Shown here: positions 39,710-50,807 of the stretch, piece after piece
Layout of the letters: each line of letters begins with the position of its first letter
How positions within the stretch are numbered: the first letter of the stretch is position 1
Assembly: GCA_964595645.1 (NCBI GenBank)
Contig: CAZQQT010000006.1
Coordinates: forward strand, 64,001-128,000
DNA from: an uncultured Thermococci archaeon
GTDB taxonomy: Archaea; Methanobacteriota_B; Thermococci; Methanofastidiosales; B48-G16
Reading direction: 5' to 3'
Length of the DNA stretch: 64,000 nucleotides
Program-made: the position numbers and the translations under genes
The notes under the pieces: model-generated
Databases searched by the model: none
Told to the model about the DNA's origin: nothing
Seen by the model: the letters and a program-made list of their open reading frames with translations, nothing else

Positions 39710-41122
39710 TTGACAAAAGATTTAAATACTCTCCATCTACAGAATTTTTTAGGTGATCATGTGAGGGTTATAGAAACCTCAGAGAACGAAAATGTTGTTC
39801 TTGCCGATCTTTCTGATATTGACCATGAGCTAGACACCGTATATTTAAGAGCTGACATTAACGAGCCTCCACGACCATCATTACGGGTGGAACAGACTGT
39901 AAGAACAATTCTCTCTATACGGGAGCAACAAAAGAAAAAGGCAAACATACTATGTACGTCCCACTCTTCTCTTCCTAACGGAACACTCAAGGAAAATTTC
40001 GATATTTTAAAAGAAATGATGGAGCGAGAGATGGATCCCATCACGCCCGAAGTAAAAAATACAGTTTTTGTAGATTCTCTTGAAGAAATGAAAAAGGCAA
40101 ATCAAGAAAATAACGGATCGTTGATATTTCTGGATAATATACGAAAAGTAGTTCCCGAAGAAAAAAATCCACCGAAAAATTCCTCAGGTACGACGTTATG
40201 GAAAATGTTAAAAGATACCGCAAAAATAAACGGCGCACTACCCACTGCTCATCGAGATCATCTTTCGTTGAGGTTATTTTCAGATGATTGTTACTGCAAT
40301 AAGTATTTCGCACGAGAACTAGAAGATATCACGAAAATCTATAATAACTCTGATGATGATATTAAGGTGTGGGGAATCGCCGGAGCGAAAAGAGGAAAAT
40401 TGAGCGCAATTCTCCTCACAGAGGGGAAGGAGGACCTACTAGTCTGTCTCGATGGTGGACCTATCTTTGTACTTCTTCTCTGGGCTCTTATTAAAAAAGC
40501 CTCTTCTCTAGGAAGAACGCTCCCTCACAGCATTGGCAAAATGAACAAAGAGCTTATAGAGAAGTTTTTTGGTGATAAATGGGACACAACTAAAACAGAG
40601 GCGCTAAAAATAGCTGAAATGATAGAAAATGGTGTTATAGATGTTATTCTTCCTATCGATATTATAATAGAAGATGAAAACGGTGTGGAAAAGGTTGTTG
40701 GGTTACGAGAAATAGATAGGGGAAAATTCATTTCTATTGGGCCAAACACGATAAAGATGATAGGAAACATATCGAGGAGAAGGGTATTCCTGCAAAATGG
40801 TTCTGTGGAACCGAGAAAAGCGCTGGAGGAGAAGTCCGAATCGATCACATACCTCCTGGTGAAGGCCCTGCTGAAACGGGTAGACGAACTATTCTTAAAT
40901 GGTGGAGATACTGTCTCAGATATCCGTTCTCTGGAGAAAGAGCTGCAACTGGCAAAATATCGTAAAGATAAACTGCGAGAACTCGCAGTAGGTGGATTTG
41001 TTGTCCACTGGTGGAGATATCTACGAAGGGGAGGAACAATGCCTCCAGGAGTCGAATTTGCACAGATAGGCAGTTTAAGAAGTCTTTACAGGAAAAAGAG
41101 GAGACAACAGGATTTTACATAA
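39710..41122 (+). CDS. Highly divergent phosphoglycerate-kinase-fold protein
   Basis: Colinear PGK-like motifs RADINEP, TSH, LDNIR, TAHR, GAK, LPID, IGPNT, NG, GGDT, PGV. Confidence 0.7.
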   Translation: MTKDLNTLHLQNFLGDHVRVIETSENENVVLADLSDIDHELDTVYLRADINEPPRPSLRVEQTVRTILSIREQQKKKANILCTSHSSLPNGTLKENFDILKEMMEREMDPITPEVKNTVFVDSLEEMKKANQENNGSLIFLDNIRKVVPEEKNPPKNSSGTTLWKMLKDTAKINGALPTAHRDHLSLRLFSDDCYCNKYFARELEDITKIYNNSDDDIKVWGIAGAKRGKLSAILLTEGKEDLLVCLDGGPIFVLLLWALIKKASSLGRTLPHSIGKMNKELIEKFFGDKWDTTKTEALKIAEMIENGVIDVILPIDIIIEDENGVEKVVGLREIDRGKFISIGPNTIKMIGNISRRRVFLQNGSVEPRKALEEKSESITYLLVKALLKRVDELFLNGGDTVSDIRSLEKELQLAKYRKDKLRELAVGGFVVHWWRYLRRGGTMPPGVEFAQIGSLRSLYRKKRRQQDFT

Positions 41123-41143
41123 TATTATTGCAAGACAATACAA

Positions 41144-42112
41144 TTAAAACCGGGTAAAATCTTTAATTCCAAGAGAGATGCCGGTAATTGCACCAAAAAG
41201 TGTAGTGAGCCAGAATGTAATGAACCTATCAAGGAGAGTGGCAGTGGTGGCGACAGCAAGTTCTACGTTAAACGCTTTAAGAGAGAGTATCATGAACCCT
41301 TCTATAGTACCAATTCCACCGGGTGTGATGGGAATCATCCCCAGAACTAAGGAAAAAAGATAGACAACCACCACAGTAACAAACGAGATCTCGTAGTTGA
41401 GAGACTTAAAGATAATGAAGAGTCTAAGAGGCTCTAAAAGCCAGCAGATCAGGGATAGCACTGCTGTAGTGGTGATAACCATGGGATGCCGTATCTCCCT
41501 CACACCATTCTGTGCTTTCTTCACAAACTCGAGTATCTCTTCTTTTTTTGATTTCAACGGCAGTGGCCGTAAAAGTGTACTGGCTACAGATACAAGCTTT
41601 CCCTTGAGTACCGAGTAATAGAAAAAGATGATCATGCTTAAAATGAATACAGCTGCCGCCATTCCAAGAGTGCCTATCTGTGCGGGCAGACGGTGAAATA
41701 ACAGCCCGAGAGAGATTGTGGTGATAGAGGCCAGAACAAGAAGATCGATCATTTTCTCGATGATGATTGTAGAAAATTTTCTTTCACGATCCAGATCGGA
41801 AATGAGCATGAACGCTCTCATCGGATCGCCAGCCACCCTTCCCGGTGTGATATTATTAATGCATATACCTGTGGAGACAACCCTATATATTCTGTGGAAA
41901 GGTGGGTTATCTCCAAGCACGGCCAAGAGAAGCTTCCACCTGAAGCTTCTGAGGCCGATAATGAAAAAATGCAGGCCGAGTGCCAGCACAAAGAGTGTGG
42001 TATCTAAACGCTGTACCTCTTGGTATATATTTTCAAATCCAGCAAATTTAATAACAAAAAAAAGGACGAGAATTCCTAAAAGGAAAAGGATTATTTTTTT
42101 CTTCATCTGCAA
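41144..42112 (-). CDS. Flippase-like / lysylphosphatidylglycerol synthase TM protein (UPF0104)
   Basis: RW..LL, NNITP..GDP.R, TPGGIG..E, DR..TFW. Confidence 0.85.
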   Translation of the reverse strand: MQMKKKIILFLLGILVLFFVIKFAGFENIYQEVQRLDTTLFVLALGLHFFIIGLRSFRWKLLLAVLGDNPPFHRIYRVVSTGICINNITPGRVAGDPMRAFMLISDLDRERKFSTIIIEKMIDLLVLASITTISLGLLFHRLPAQIGTLGMAAAVFILSMIIFFYYSVLKGKLVSVASTLLRPLPLKSKKEEILEFVKKAQNGVREIRHPMVITTTAVLSLICWLLEPLRLFIIFKSLNYEISFVTVVVVYLFSLVLGMIPITPGGIGTIEGFMILSLKAFNVELAVATTATLLDRFITFWLTTLFGAITGISLGIKDFTRF

Positions 42113-42115
42113 CTC

Positions 42116-43372
42116 CTATGGTGTAATTCTATTTCTATCCCGTGGGAAAAGGATGCACTCTCGTATATTGTGAATATCCAGTATTTCCATGAGGAGGCGT
42201 TCTATGCCCATGCCGAACCCTCCATGAGGCGGCATCCCATACTTAAAGACCTTAAGATAATCCTGGAAGTTCTCCGGATCCATCCCAAACTGTTGAATTC
42301 TCTCTACCAACATGTCATAATCATGTACCCGCTGACCGCCCGAGGTGATCTCGACACCATTACAGTCAAGATCGAATCCTCGACAATATTTGCCCTCGGG
42401 CATGATATAAAATATTTTGTTCTCAGGGAACCGTTTGATGAAGTAGTAATGAGTATCTTCTTCCTCCATATACTCTCCAAGTATCCGTTCCTCTTCGGTA
42501 CCGAGATCCTCCCCCCATGAGAGGGACCCTCCACGATCGTTGACAATCTCCACTGCCGTATCGTATGAAATTCTCTTGAAGGGTGTTTCAGGAATGTGTA
42601 CTTCTTTATCGAGAGTTTTCAGCTCTTTTTCACAGTTTTCTACTATATCCCTACACACACGATAAATGAGATCCTCGAGAACAGACATTACATTCTCTTC
42701 ATCGTCGATAAATGACATTTCCATATCGATGGCCGTTGATTCATTGATATGTCTTCGTGTATTGTGCTGTTCTGCTCTAAAATACCATGTAATCTCAAAC
42801 ACACGTTCAAATCCGGCAGCCATCATCATTTGTTTATAGAGCTGGGGACTTTGGGAGAGATACGCCTTTTTTTCAAAATATTGCACAGGGAAAAGATCGG
42901 TCCCTCCCTCGGAAGCCGAAGAGATAATTTTAGGTGTGTGGATCTCAGTGAATTCATTTTCAAAGAAGAATCCTTTGGTAGCTCGTAGTAGTTCACTTCG
43001 TATTTTAAAAATAGTAAATATACTCCTTTTTCTCAGATCTAAAAATCGATTGTCTAGTCTCGTATCGAGGCCGGCATCCACCTTTTCCACGGGATCGAGA
43101 GGGAGTGGAGTCTCAGATTTGTTGAGTACGATAATGTCAGAAGGGAGATACTCGAACTCAAAATCCTTTCCCTTACTCTTCTGTTTCGTACACGTTACCT
43201 CGATCACATCCTCTTTGTTGAGTGCGGAAATCGTCTCAAAAAGCTGCTGAGAAACCTTTTTCCTGGGGAGCACTATCTGATGCAATCCCTCTTCATTCCT
43301 CAGGATCACGAACTTTATACCCCCCAGGTCTCTTATCTCATGTATCCATCCTTTCAGTATCATTTTAATCAC
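42116..43372 (-). CDS. aspS: Aspartate--tRNA ligase (archaeal type)
   Basis: [42 protein letters not shown]. Start may be ATG 43363. Confidence 0.95.
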   Translation of the reverse strand: MIKMILKGWIHEIRDLGGIKFVILRNEEGLHQIVLPRKKVSQQLFETISALNKEDVIEVTCTKQKSKGKDFEFEYLPSDIIVLNKSETPLPLDPVEKVDAGLDTRLDNRFLDLRKRSIFTIFKIRSELLRATKGFFFENEFTEIHTPKIISSASEGGTDLFPVQYFEKKAYLSQSPQLYKQMMMAAGFERVFEITWYFRAEQHNTRRHINESTAIDMEMSFIDDEENVMSVLEDLIYRVCRDIVENCEKELKTLDKEVHIPETPFKRISYDTAVEIVNDRGGSLSWGEDLGTEEERILGEYMEEEDTHYYFIKRFPENKIFYIMPEGKYCRGFDLDCNGVEITSGGQRVHDYDMLVERIQQFGMDPENFQDYLKVFKYGMPPHGGFGMGIERLLMEILDIHNIRECILFPRDRNRITP

Positions 43373-43872
43373 TCAAAAACTATTTTTGTATTCTCTTTTT
43401 TTATCTTACTCAGTGCAGTTTCTATTTCTTCCGTGAGTGCGGGTATCTTATCCCTCGAGGACTTTTCTATCCTCACTCTATTTATTGGCTCTTCGGAGAC
43501 AGGAAAAATTCTATCAATACCAACAAGTTTGGCAGGATAAATTAATTCCGCCACAAATACTTTCAAATCATCTGTATCGCCTACTACTCGTATCTTTTTA
43601 TTCACTTTTCTTCGCAGTATCCTCACGATCTTCCCTCGTTTCCCCACCACTCTTCCGACATCCTCTTTGCCCACAATCATTACGATAAGGTTATTAGCCT
43701 CAATAGATTTTTTAAATGTGATATCGCCGAGATTATATTCTTTGTCTATACTATAGAGTGTCCTCGATAACGTTTTATCTAGCTCTGTTATTTCTCCCTT
43801 CTCTAATTTCTCGGAACATGCCTGACAGAGAGGATCGCCTGTAAGACAGTTATCACAGAGTGGTGTTTCCAT
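43369..43872 (-). CDS. Archaeal NusA-like KH-domain protein with N-terminal Cys cluster
   Basis: PLCDNC....LCQAC and KH motif VVGKRG. Confidence 0.8.
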   Translation of the reverse strand: METPLCDNCLTGDPLCQACSEKLEKGEITELDKTLSRTLYSIDKEYNLGDITFKKSIEANNLIVMIVGKEDVGRVVGKRGKIVRILRRKVNKKIRVVGDTDDLKVFVAELIYPAKLVGIDRIFPVSEEPINRVRIEKSSRDKIPALTEEIETALSKIKKENTKIVFE

Positions 43873-44026
43873 TGTTCTGCCTCCAATTGTTTCATAGTCC
43901 ATTGGGATCATATATAAAAAATCTTTGGTTTTTCTACGATGAATTTCATTGCGACCGAAAAGCTTTTATATAAACACTTAGATTAGATGGATGTAAAAAC
44001 TAAGTGATTAGAAGAAAGGTGAAAAC

Positions 44027-44722
44027 ATGATGAAAAAAACATGGTTGGTGCTGCTTGTAATAGGCTGTGTGGTACTCAGCGGATGCACAGTGAGAGTAAA
44101 AGACGGAGAACTGTATATCAACGCTGAGGCAGGAAAAGAAACAAAGACATACCATTTCGTTGAAGATACAATACTGGACAGGGAAAATTTTGATGCATCG
44201 ATAAACGTCGGGGAAATAGATTTGGTTATGTCCAACAATACACTCTACAACATCACCGCAGTGGTAAAATACGAAAAGGAAGAAGAACCTGAATCGCCGA
44301 CGATTGCAGATTTAGGCGATACAGTACGGTTCAACGCATCTGTCGGGGACATCACAGGAACGATAGCAGATACTTTTGACACCCTCGAGATAGATATGAA
44401 TGTAGGGGAGGTAGATCTTTCACTGCACTCAGCGAACTTCAAGAGAATAGATGTCTCCGTTGGTGTGGGAGATGTGATGATTCATCTCCCCGAGAAAGGA
44501 AGCGGCACAGCACGGATAAAAGTGGGCACAGGAAGTGCAGAGATCGTAACATCGAAAAGTATAGGATATCTGATCCACTGCAATACGACAATTGGAGCTA
44601 TTTCTGTTGACGCAGAGAATATTGAGACAAAAAGAGGAACATACAGGGTGAACCCTGAGAAAGATATCACATATGAGGTATGGATAGATGTAGGAACAGG
44701 AAGCATCGAGGTGATAGGATGA
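44027..44722 (+). CDS. Lipoprotein with beta-strand repeats (DUF4097/LiaF-like)
   Basis: Lipobox LSGC; repeated xVGxI/V strands. Confidence 0.7.
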   Translation: MMKKTWLVLLVIGCVVLSGCTVRVKDGELYINAEAGKETKTYHFVEDTILDRENFDASINVGEIDLVMSNNTLYNITAVVKYEKEEEPESPTIADLGDTVRFNASVGDITGTIADTFDTLEIDMNVGEVDLSLHSANFKRIDVSVGVGDVMIHLPEKGSGTARIKVGTGSAEIVTSKSIGYLIHCNTTIGAISVDAENIETKRGTYRVNPEKDITYEVWIDVGTGSIEVIG

Positions 44723-45375
44723 AATTTGTACAGAGAGTAAAAAATGTGATTTTTTCGCCAAGAAAGACATTTCAAAATATACTGGCAGAAGGATTCTCCA
44801 TGATGGAACCAGTTGGACTTGTGGTTGGGATAACCTTTCTCAATGTACTGCTCGCTGGTATTGGTGTTGTACGAGGTATTGACGCTATTACCGACTTTCT
44901 CTCCGAGCGGGTACACATCTTTCCCTCCCCCCCAATCCACTGGCAGATCGATATCTCCAGCTTTACAGGGGTGATATTTACGGCTTTTCTCGGTGTTGCC
45001 GTAATCGTTGCCATATACTCTTTGGTACCATGGATAATTAACGCAGGAATAGGGCATATATCGGCAAAATACCTGTTTAACGGACTGGGGGATTACGAGT
45101 CCCTTCTGGCGATGTATGGATACTCACATGTGGCAGCGCTCACTCTTACGGTGGGGCTCCTTGTATTCATTGCCTCACCAGTAGTGGGGATCTTCGTGAT
45201 TCTGGCAATGGAACTCGCACAGTGGCTCTGGACACTCCTGCTAAGAACGTTCTCGGTGAGTGAAGTCTATGGACTGGACATAGGACGCTCTTTTATCTGT
45301 GCGATAATGCCGTACCTACTGCTCTTTGTATTCGTATTTGCTATGACGGGTGTACCCTTCATATTTTACGTGTAA
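44719..45375 (+). CDS. Yip1-family membrane protein
   Basis: VIFSP..TF start and five TM segments; ATGA overlap with the upstream gene. Confidence 0.75.
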   Translation: MKFVQRVKNVIFSPRKTFQNILAEGFSMMEPVGLVVGITFLNVLLAGIGVVRGIDAITDFLSERVHIFPSPPIHWQIDISSFTGVIFTAFLGVAVIVAIYSLVPWIINAGIGHISAKYLFNGLGDYESLLAMYGYSHVAALTLTVGLLVFIASPVVGIFVILAMELAQWLWTLLLRTFSVSEVYGLDIGRSFICAIMPYLLLFVFVFAMTGVPFIFYV

Positions 45376-46044
45376 GTGATACATATGGTATCAATATCAA
45401 AAAGAGATCCACTGAAAGGAATGGCAGCTCTGTACTCACTCACAAATGAGACGAGGATGAAGATAATCGATCTTCTTCTTCAACGATACCGAGTGGGGAT
45501 GACACCCTCAGCAATTGCTGAGGTACTGGACCTGAGCTTGCCTACTGTCACGAAGCACCTAGAGATACTCGAAGACGCAGGACTAGTAAACTACATGTAC
45601 ACACGGGAGGGAACTCCCTCCAAGGTATATAAAATCGTCGATCTCTATCTCACCGTCCAAATAGACCTATCAAAATTTGTAAAGGCATTCAATCGATCAG
45701 AACTCGAAAGAAAAGCTACAAAATATATACAGAAAAAAATGGAAACAGGATTGCCCAGAGATATCACAATAGATGACATACAACACACAATCGACACGGA
45801 TCAGGACACAGCGTATGTAGTGTATGAGTATATTACTGAGAAGGAGACTGAGCTCATCGTCAAACCGATCGCTTCAATGATACACGACTACATCAACGAA
45901 GAGAATAAGAAAAGAGTAGAGATACGTGAGCTAAAAAAAATCAACGCGGATGAACATTGGATAGAAGCTGCATGCAAATACATTCAGAATAAAGGGATAT
46001 ACACGTATAGGGATAAAGAGTTAATCCGAGTTGAAGTAGAATAA
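45376..46044 (+). CDS. ArsR-like wHTH transcriptional regulator
   Basis: TRMKIIDLL..IAEVLDLSLPTVTKHLEILEDAGLV. Confidence 0.85.
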   Translation: MIHMVSISKRDPLKGMAALYSLTNETRMKIIDLLLQRYRVGMTPSAIAEVLDLSLPTVTKHLEILEDAGLVNYMYTREGTPSKVYKIVDLYLTVQIDLSKFVKAFNRSELERKATKYIQKKMETGLPRDITIDDIQHTIDTDQDTAYVVYEYITEKETELIVKPIASMIHDYINEENKKRVEIRELKKINADEHWIEAACKYIQNKGIYTYRDKELIRVEVE

Positions 46045-46109
46045 TACTATCCTCTTCTTTTTCTTTTTTTGTTGAAAGAATTTAAAAACGATAAAACGGA
46101 AAACATATC

Positions 46110-47210
46110 ATGGGTACATTACGTTGCGAGATGTGTGACGCGTCATACTCATGGGACAAGAACATCTGGCGATGCAGCTGTGGAGGACTACTCAGGATAA
46201 AAATGGAGATAGCATTCCCTATAAAAAAAATAGAAAAAAGAATTTCAACGCTATGGAGATACAGGGAGGCACTTCCCATCGAGAACGATGAGAATATCGT
46301 TTCTTTTGGTGAAGGCATGACGCCATTGATCGAAGAGCAGTTCAACGGTACCACTGTACTGCTGAAAGAGGATCATCTCTTTCCCACCGGCTCCTTCAAG
46401 GATAGAGGTGCATCTGTGCTCATGAGCAAGGTGAAAGAACTGGGTGTGACAGACATTGTTGAGGATTCTTCTGGAAATGCAGGTGCTGCAGTTGCTGCGT
46501 ACGCGGCGAGAGCAGGTGTTTCATGTGACATCTATATTCCGGCAACAACATCTTCAGCTAAACTAGCGCAGATACAATGCTACGGCGCAACACTTCATGA
46601 AAATCCGGGTAGCAGAGAAGATGCCGCCAATGCTGCACTGAGCGCTGCCGAAGAAGCGTACTATGCGAGTCACTACTGGAATCCCTTCTTTTTTCACGGG
46701 ACAAAAACCTGTGCCTTTGAACTCTGTGAACAGCTCGAGTGGACTGCACCGGATACAATAGTCGTTCCTGTGGGTCATGGGACGCTTCTGCTCGGAATGT
46801 ATATCGGATTTAGTGAACTGTTGGATGCAGGGATTATAGAGAGACAGCCCAAAATTATTGCGATCCAGTCTAAAAACTGTAGTCCGCTGTACAACGCATA
46901 TAAAGGAGAACTAACGAGGGTGCCAAAGGTAAAGAAAAAGAAAACACTCGCCGAGGGTATTGCCATCGCTGAACCGCTCCGAGGAACGCAGATTCTCAAC
47001 GCTGTAAAGGATACACACGGTGAATTTATTGCGGTAAACGAAAGAGAGATAGAAGACGCACAGAAGGAAATGTGTATGAAGGGACACTATATAGAGCCGA
47101 CCGCAGCTGCAACAATCGCAGGACTGAAACGGTATATGGAACGAGATACGGCTGAACGTGTGGTTGCCGTACTCACGGGACATGGACTAAAGTGGTCGAA
47201 ATCTCTTTAA
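46110..47210 (+). CDS. thrC: Threonine synthase-like PLP enzyme
   Basis: GEGMTPL, PTGSFKDRG, DSSGNAG, VPVGHG, LTGHGLK. Confidence 0.8.
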   Translation: MGTLRCEMCDASYSWDKNIWRCSCGGLLRIKMEIAFPIKKIEKRISTLWRYREALPIENDENIVSFGEGMTPLIEEQFNGTTVLLKEDHLFPTGSFKDRGASVLMSKVKELGVTDIVEDSSGNAGAAVAAYAARAGVSCDIYIPATTSSAKLAQIQCYGATLHENPGSREDAANAALSAAEEAYYASHYWNPFFFHGTKTCAFELCEQLEWTAPDTIVVPVGHGTLLLGMYIGFSELLDAGIIERQPKIIAIQSKNCSPLYNAYKGELTRVPKVKKKKTLAEGIAIAEPLRGTQILNAVKDTHGEFIAVNEREIEDAQKEMCMKGHYIEPTAAATIAGLKRYMERDTAERVVAVLTGHGLKWSKSL

Positions 47211-47232
47211 AGTTGAAGCGTCCAAAGATACC

Positions 47233-48297
47233 ATGATCGTTCACACCGCTGACTCCCATCTAGGTCTCACGCGATACTACAAGGTAGATCCTGAAACAGG
47301 AATAAACATCCGTCTTCTGGATTTCTGCTACGCATTTCGGGAAGTTATCGATTTTGTCGTAGAAAATAATCCTGAATTATTTATAATCTCTGGTGACGTG
47401 TTTGACAAAGTGAATCCAACAAATTTTGTTCGAAAATTCGTGCAGAAGGAATTGTATAGAGTATCGGAGAAGAAAGTCGATACCTTTATTATCGCTGGAA
47501 ACCATGAGACTCCCAAAACCAGGGGGGTGACGAATCCGCTCACCCTCTACACCTCGATTCCACATATCCATATTGGGTTGAAACCCTTTGAAAAAAAAAT
47601 AGGAGCGTACCGAATCCACGGTGTTCCCTACACTGACCACCCAGAAAAGCATATTAAAAAGCCTGCGGACGGATACAGAAATATTTTAATGCTCCATACA
47701 ACTGTTGAAGGCGCAAAACTCTCGAGTGAACGGTACATGTCCTTCGATGAAAGTTCCATTCTTCCATCACAGGTTCCCGGGTACGAGTACGTGGCTCTTG
47801 GGCATATCCACAAATTTCAGATCCTCAAAGAGAACCTCGTCTATCCTGGATCCCTCGAGAAGTACGATTTCGCCGAGATCGATGACGAGAAGGGATTTGT
47901 CGTGTATGATGGGGACATAGAGTTTATAAAAACGTCTACACGGGACATGATCGAAGTTACTGTGTCGTGTGAAAATAAATCAGGATTTAAAATTACGGAA
48001 GAAGCTTTAGAGAAGTTGGAGGATATCGATGATAAAATAGTGCGAATGGTCCTAGAAGGTGAGATATCAGCAGCAGATAAAAAGGATATAAACTACCAGA
48101 AAATTAGAGGAAAGGCGAATGATGCACTATACTTCACGCTGAAAGACACGCTTTCCTCCCAGAAAATTCCTGATTTTAAAGAGGAAAAACTCCTTTTTTC
48201 TCCAAAAAAAGAACTAAAAAATTATCTAGAAACAGCCAATCAATCTTCTGCATACAACGCAGGAAAAGAAATCATTGATGAGGTGCTTGATCTTTGA
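47233..48297 (+). CDS. mre11: Mre11/SbcD nuclease
   Basis: DSHLG, GDVFD, GNHE, ALGHIH, YPGS. Confidence 0.9.
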   Translation: MIVHTADSHLGLTRYYKVDPETGINIRLLDFCYAFREVIDFVVENNPELFIISGDVFDKVNPTNFVRKFVQKELYRVSEKKVDTFIIAGNHETPKTRGVTNPLTLYTSIPHIHIGLKPFEKKIGAYRIHGVPYTDHPEKHIKKPADGYRNILMLHTTVEGAKLSSERYMSFDESSILPSQVPGYEYVALGHIHKFQILKENLVYPGSLEKYDFAEIDDEKGFVVYDGDIEFIKTSTRDMIEVTVSCENKSGFKITEEALEKLEDIDDKIVRMVLEGEISAADKKDINYQKIRGKANDALYFTLKDTLSSQKIPDFKEEKLLFSPKKELKNYLETANQSSAYNAGKEIIDEVLDL

Positions 48298-50807
48298 TTA
48301 TTGACAAAATAACCCTTTATAATTTCAAGAAGTATAAAAAAACAGATATAGAGTTCGAAAAAAGTATTGTGGGGATCTTTGGGAACAATGGTGTCGGAAA
48401 ATCCACGATTTTCGATGGTATCACCTGGGTACTTTACGGGAAAACGCAATCCACCGATGTTTCTGGAGTGAATCAAGCGGATCTTATCCGAGACGGAGAA
48501 GAGAGGATGGGTGTGGAACTCTTTTTTTCGCTCAACGGTAATAGATACCGGGTATCAAAATACCTGGATAGCAGTGGAACAACAACGAAACTCTGGATGA
48601 ACGACAAGGTTCAGGGCACACAAACACGACAGGTACGGAGAATGGTGAAAAAGATACTGGGACTGGACGCAAAGGCCTTTGTTGCCTCATCGTTTATACG
48701 ACAGAAAGAACTCGATCTTTTAAGCTCCAAAACACCATCTGAACGGAAAGGAATCATTAACAGGTTGTTCAATCTTCGAATCTATGAAAAATTTGAGAAA
48801 TTGGCGAAGGAAAAGAAAAAAGCTGTGAGGGGGGAGAGACGGTCGCTTTCTGGGAAAAAGGAAATATTTGAGAGTGAAATAGAGCGGATTGGAGAACTTT
48901 GTAAAGAAAAAGAAATGCTAGAAAAAAAATTCAAAGAAATTTCTAATGAATATAAAAAATTTGAAGATAAACTGCAGGAAAAGAAAGCGAAACTGGAAGA
49001 ATTAGAAAAAGAAAAGAAAATATACGATGAAAGTGTAAAAAAAGAAGAGTTATTATCAGAAAAACGTAAATCGAAAAAAGAACGATTGAAAGAACTTAAA
49101 GGAGATTTGAAAGAAATTGAAAAACTAGAAAAAGAATATGAAAAGAAACTTCCAGAGTACAAAGAGTATAAAGAACTCAAAAAATCGTTTAAGAAAATAG
49201 AATCGAAAAAAGATGAGTACACGCAGCTCAAGAATAGTTTGGAAATCGAAAAAAACAAACTAGAGACAGATCTCAAAAATATAGAAGCTAACATAGAAAA
49301 AACGAGAGAAACACTAAAAAACAACAAAAAAGAAATAGAAGTATGTAAAGAAAAGGTAAAAAAACTCCCCGAGATCAGAAAAAAAACAAAAAAATACGAC
49401 GAAATAAAATTAACGATCGAAAAGCACGAAAATGATGTAAAAAAACTGCAGAAAAAGATAAATGAACTCGATCAACATCTCACAAAACATGAGACAGAGA
49501 AAAAGAACCTGGAAGAAGATCTCGATCAAATCGAAGGAGTAGGGGTGGGAAAAAAGTGTCCTTTGTGCAAGAGAAAGCTTGATGAGGAACATTACACAAC
49601 ACTTACAGCCAAATACAACAAAAAGATTAAAGAAAAGAACAATGCCATTGCGAAAATATCGAAAAAGAAGAGAAATGCCCAAGATCTTTTAGAAGAAAAG
49701 GAAAATACTCTTCAAAAATTCAAATCTGAGCTCCAAGAAATAGAGGAACTCAGGGAAAAGGAAAACGATCTAAAAATCTACGAAACAACTATTGAAAGGC
49801 TTAAAAAAGAAATAGAAAAATTGCAAAAAGAGATAAAAAACCTAAAAAATGACAAGGAAGAACTTCTCGATAAAAAAAGTTTGGAAATAAAGGCGATAAA
49901 GAAAAAAATAAAAGATATTGGCTTCAAAGAAGAGAAATATTCACAAATGAAGAAAAAACTTGAAGAAAAAGAGGAAATTGAAAAAAAGATCCCTGTACTT
50001 AAAGAAAAGATATCGCAAAAAGTCGCGGTGAAGAAAAAAATTGCCTCCCTCAACGAAAAAATAAGAAGTATTGAAAAAAACATTCAGCATGTTCACAGTC
50101 GTATAGATGAGAAGGAAAAGTATGCCAAAGAGTACGAAGAACTAAAAAAAGAGATGGAACCCCTGCAAAAAAAGTATGTTGAGCTCTCAAAAGAACACAG
50201 CGCAAAATCCACTGAAATAAAAAATATTCAAGAAAGAATAAACGAGTTGGAAGAGAAAAAAAAGAAATTAAAAGATATAGAAGTAAAAATAAAGGATAAA
50301 AAAGAAAAAGAGAGAGAATACTCCATTCTTTGCGAAGCGTTCTCTGATATTCCTGTCAACATTCAGAATCGGTTGAAACCACGGATCGCCCTTGAAACAT
50401 CCCAGCTCGTGGATGAAATGACCGACGGAAAGTACAGTGAGATAGAGTTAGACGATGATTATGGAATACTTGTTAGATACGACGGTGAACTGCATCCTAT
50501 CTCACGGTTTTCAGGAGGAGAAAAAGATCTGATCAATCTTTGCCTGCGAATTGCAATCTCACGCGTGTTAGTTTCTCTCTCCTCAAAACACGGATTCTCA
50601 CATATCCAGTCACTTTTCCTCGACGAAGTATTCTCAAGTCTCGACACAGAGAGACGACAGAACCTCCTAAAGACGCTCCACAAACTGCAGAATCATTTTG
50701 AACAGATACTCATTATTTCTCATGTGAAAGATATAAAAACATCTATACCACATACCATACTAGTAGAAGAAACACCAGAGGGATACAGCACTGTGACGCG
50801 TGATTAA
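48294..50807 (+). CDS. rad50: Rad50/SbcC ATPase
   Basis: GNNGVGKST, coiled coil with CPLC zinc hook, FSGGE, LFLDE, ISH. Confidence 0.92.
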   Translation: MIIDKITLYNFKKYKKTDIEFEKSIVGIFGNNGVGKSTIFDGITWVLYGKTQSTDVSGVNQADLIRDGEERMGVELFFSLNGNRYRVSKYLDSSGTTTKLWMNDKVQGTQTRQVRRMVKKILGLDAKAFVASSFIRQKELDLLSSKTPSERKGIINRLFNLRIYEKFEKLAKEKKKAVRGERRSLSGKKEIFESEIERIGELCKEKEMLEKKFKEISNEYKKFEDKLQEKKAKLEELEKEKKIYDESVKKEELLSEKRKSKKERLKELKGDLKEIEKLEKEYEKKLPEYKEYKELKKSFKKIESKKDEYTQLKNSLEIEKNKLETDLKNIEANIEKTRETLKNNKKEIEVCKEKVKKLPEIRKKTKKYDEIKLTIEKHENDVKKLQKKINELDQHLTKHETEKKNLEEDLDQIEGVGVGKKCPLCKRKLDEEHYTTLTAKYNKKIKEKNNAIAKISKKKRNAQDLLEEKENTLQKFKSELQEIEELREKENDLKIYETTIERLKKEIEKLQKEIKNLKNDKEELLDKKSLEIKAIKKKIKDIGFKEEKYSQMKKKLEEKEEIEKKIPVLKEKISQKVAVKKKIASLNEKIRSIEKNIQHVHSRIDEKEKYAKEYEELKKEMEPLQKKYVELSKEHSAKSTEIKNIQERINELEEKKKKLKDIEVKIKDKKEKEREYSILCEAFSDIPVNIQNRLKPRIALETSQLVDEMTDGKYSEIELDDDYGILVRYDGELHPISRFSGGEKDLINLCLRIAISRVLVSLSSKHGFSHIQSLFLDEVFSSLDTERRQNLLKTLHKLQNHFEQILIISHVKDIKTSIPHTILVEETPEGYSTVTRD

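Noticed and set aside
42805-42817. GTTCAAATCCGGC matches the tRNA-Asn T-arm (possible att site)
   Set aside because: Only 13 bp, inverted relative to the tRNA, inside intact aspS and on the wrong side of the integrase.
48800-50330. Low-complexity A-rich stretch resembling a repeat
   Set aside because: Explained by the Lys/Glu-rich coiled coil of Rad50.
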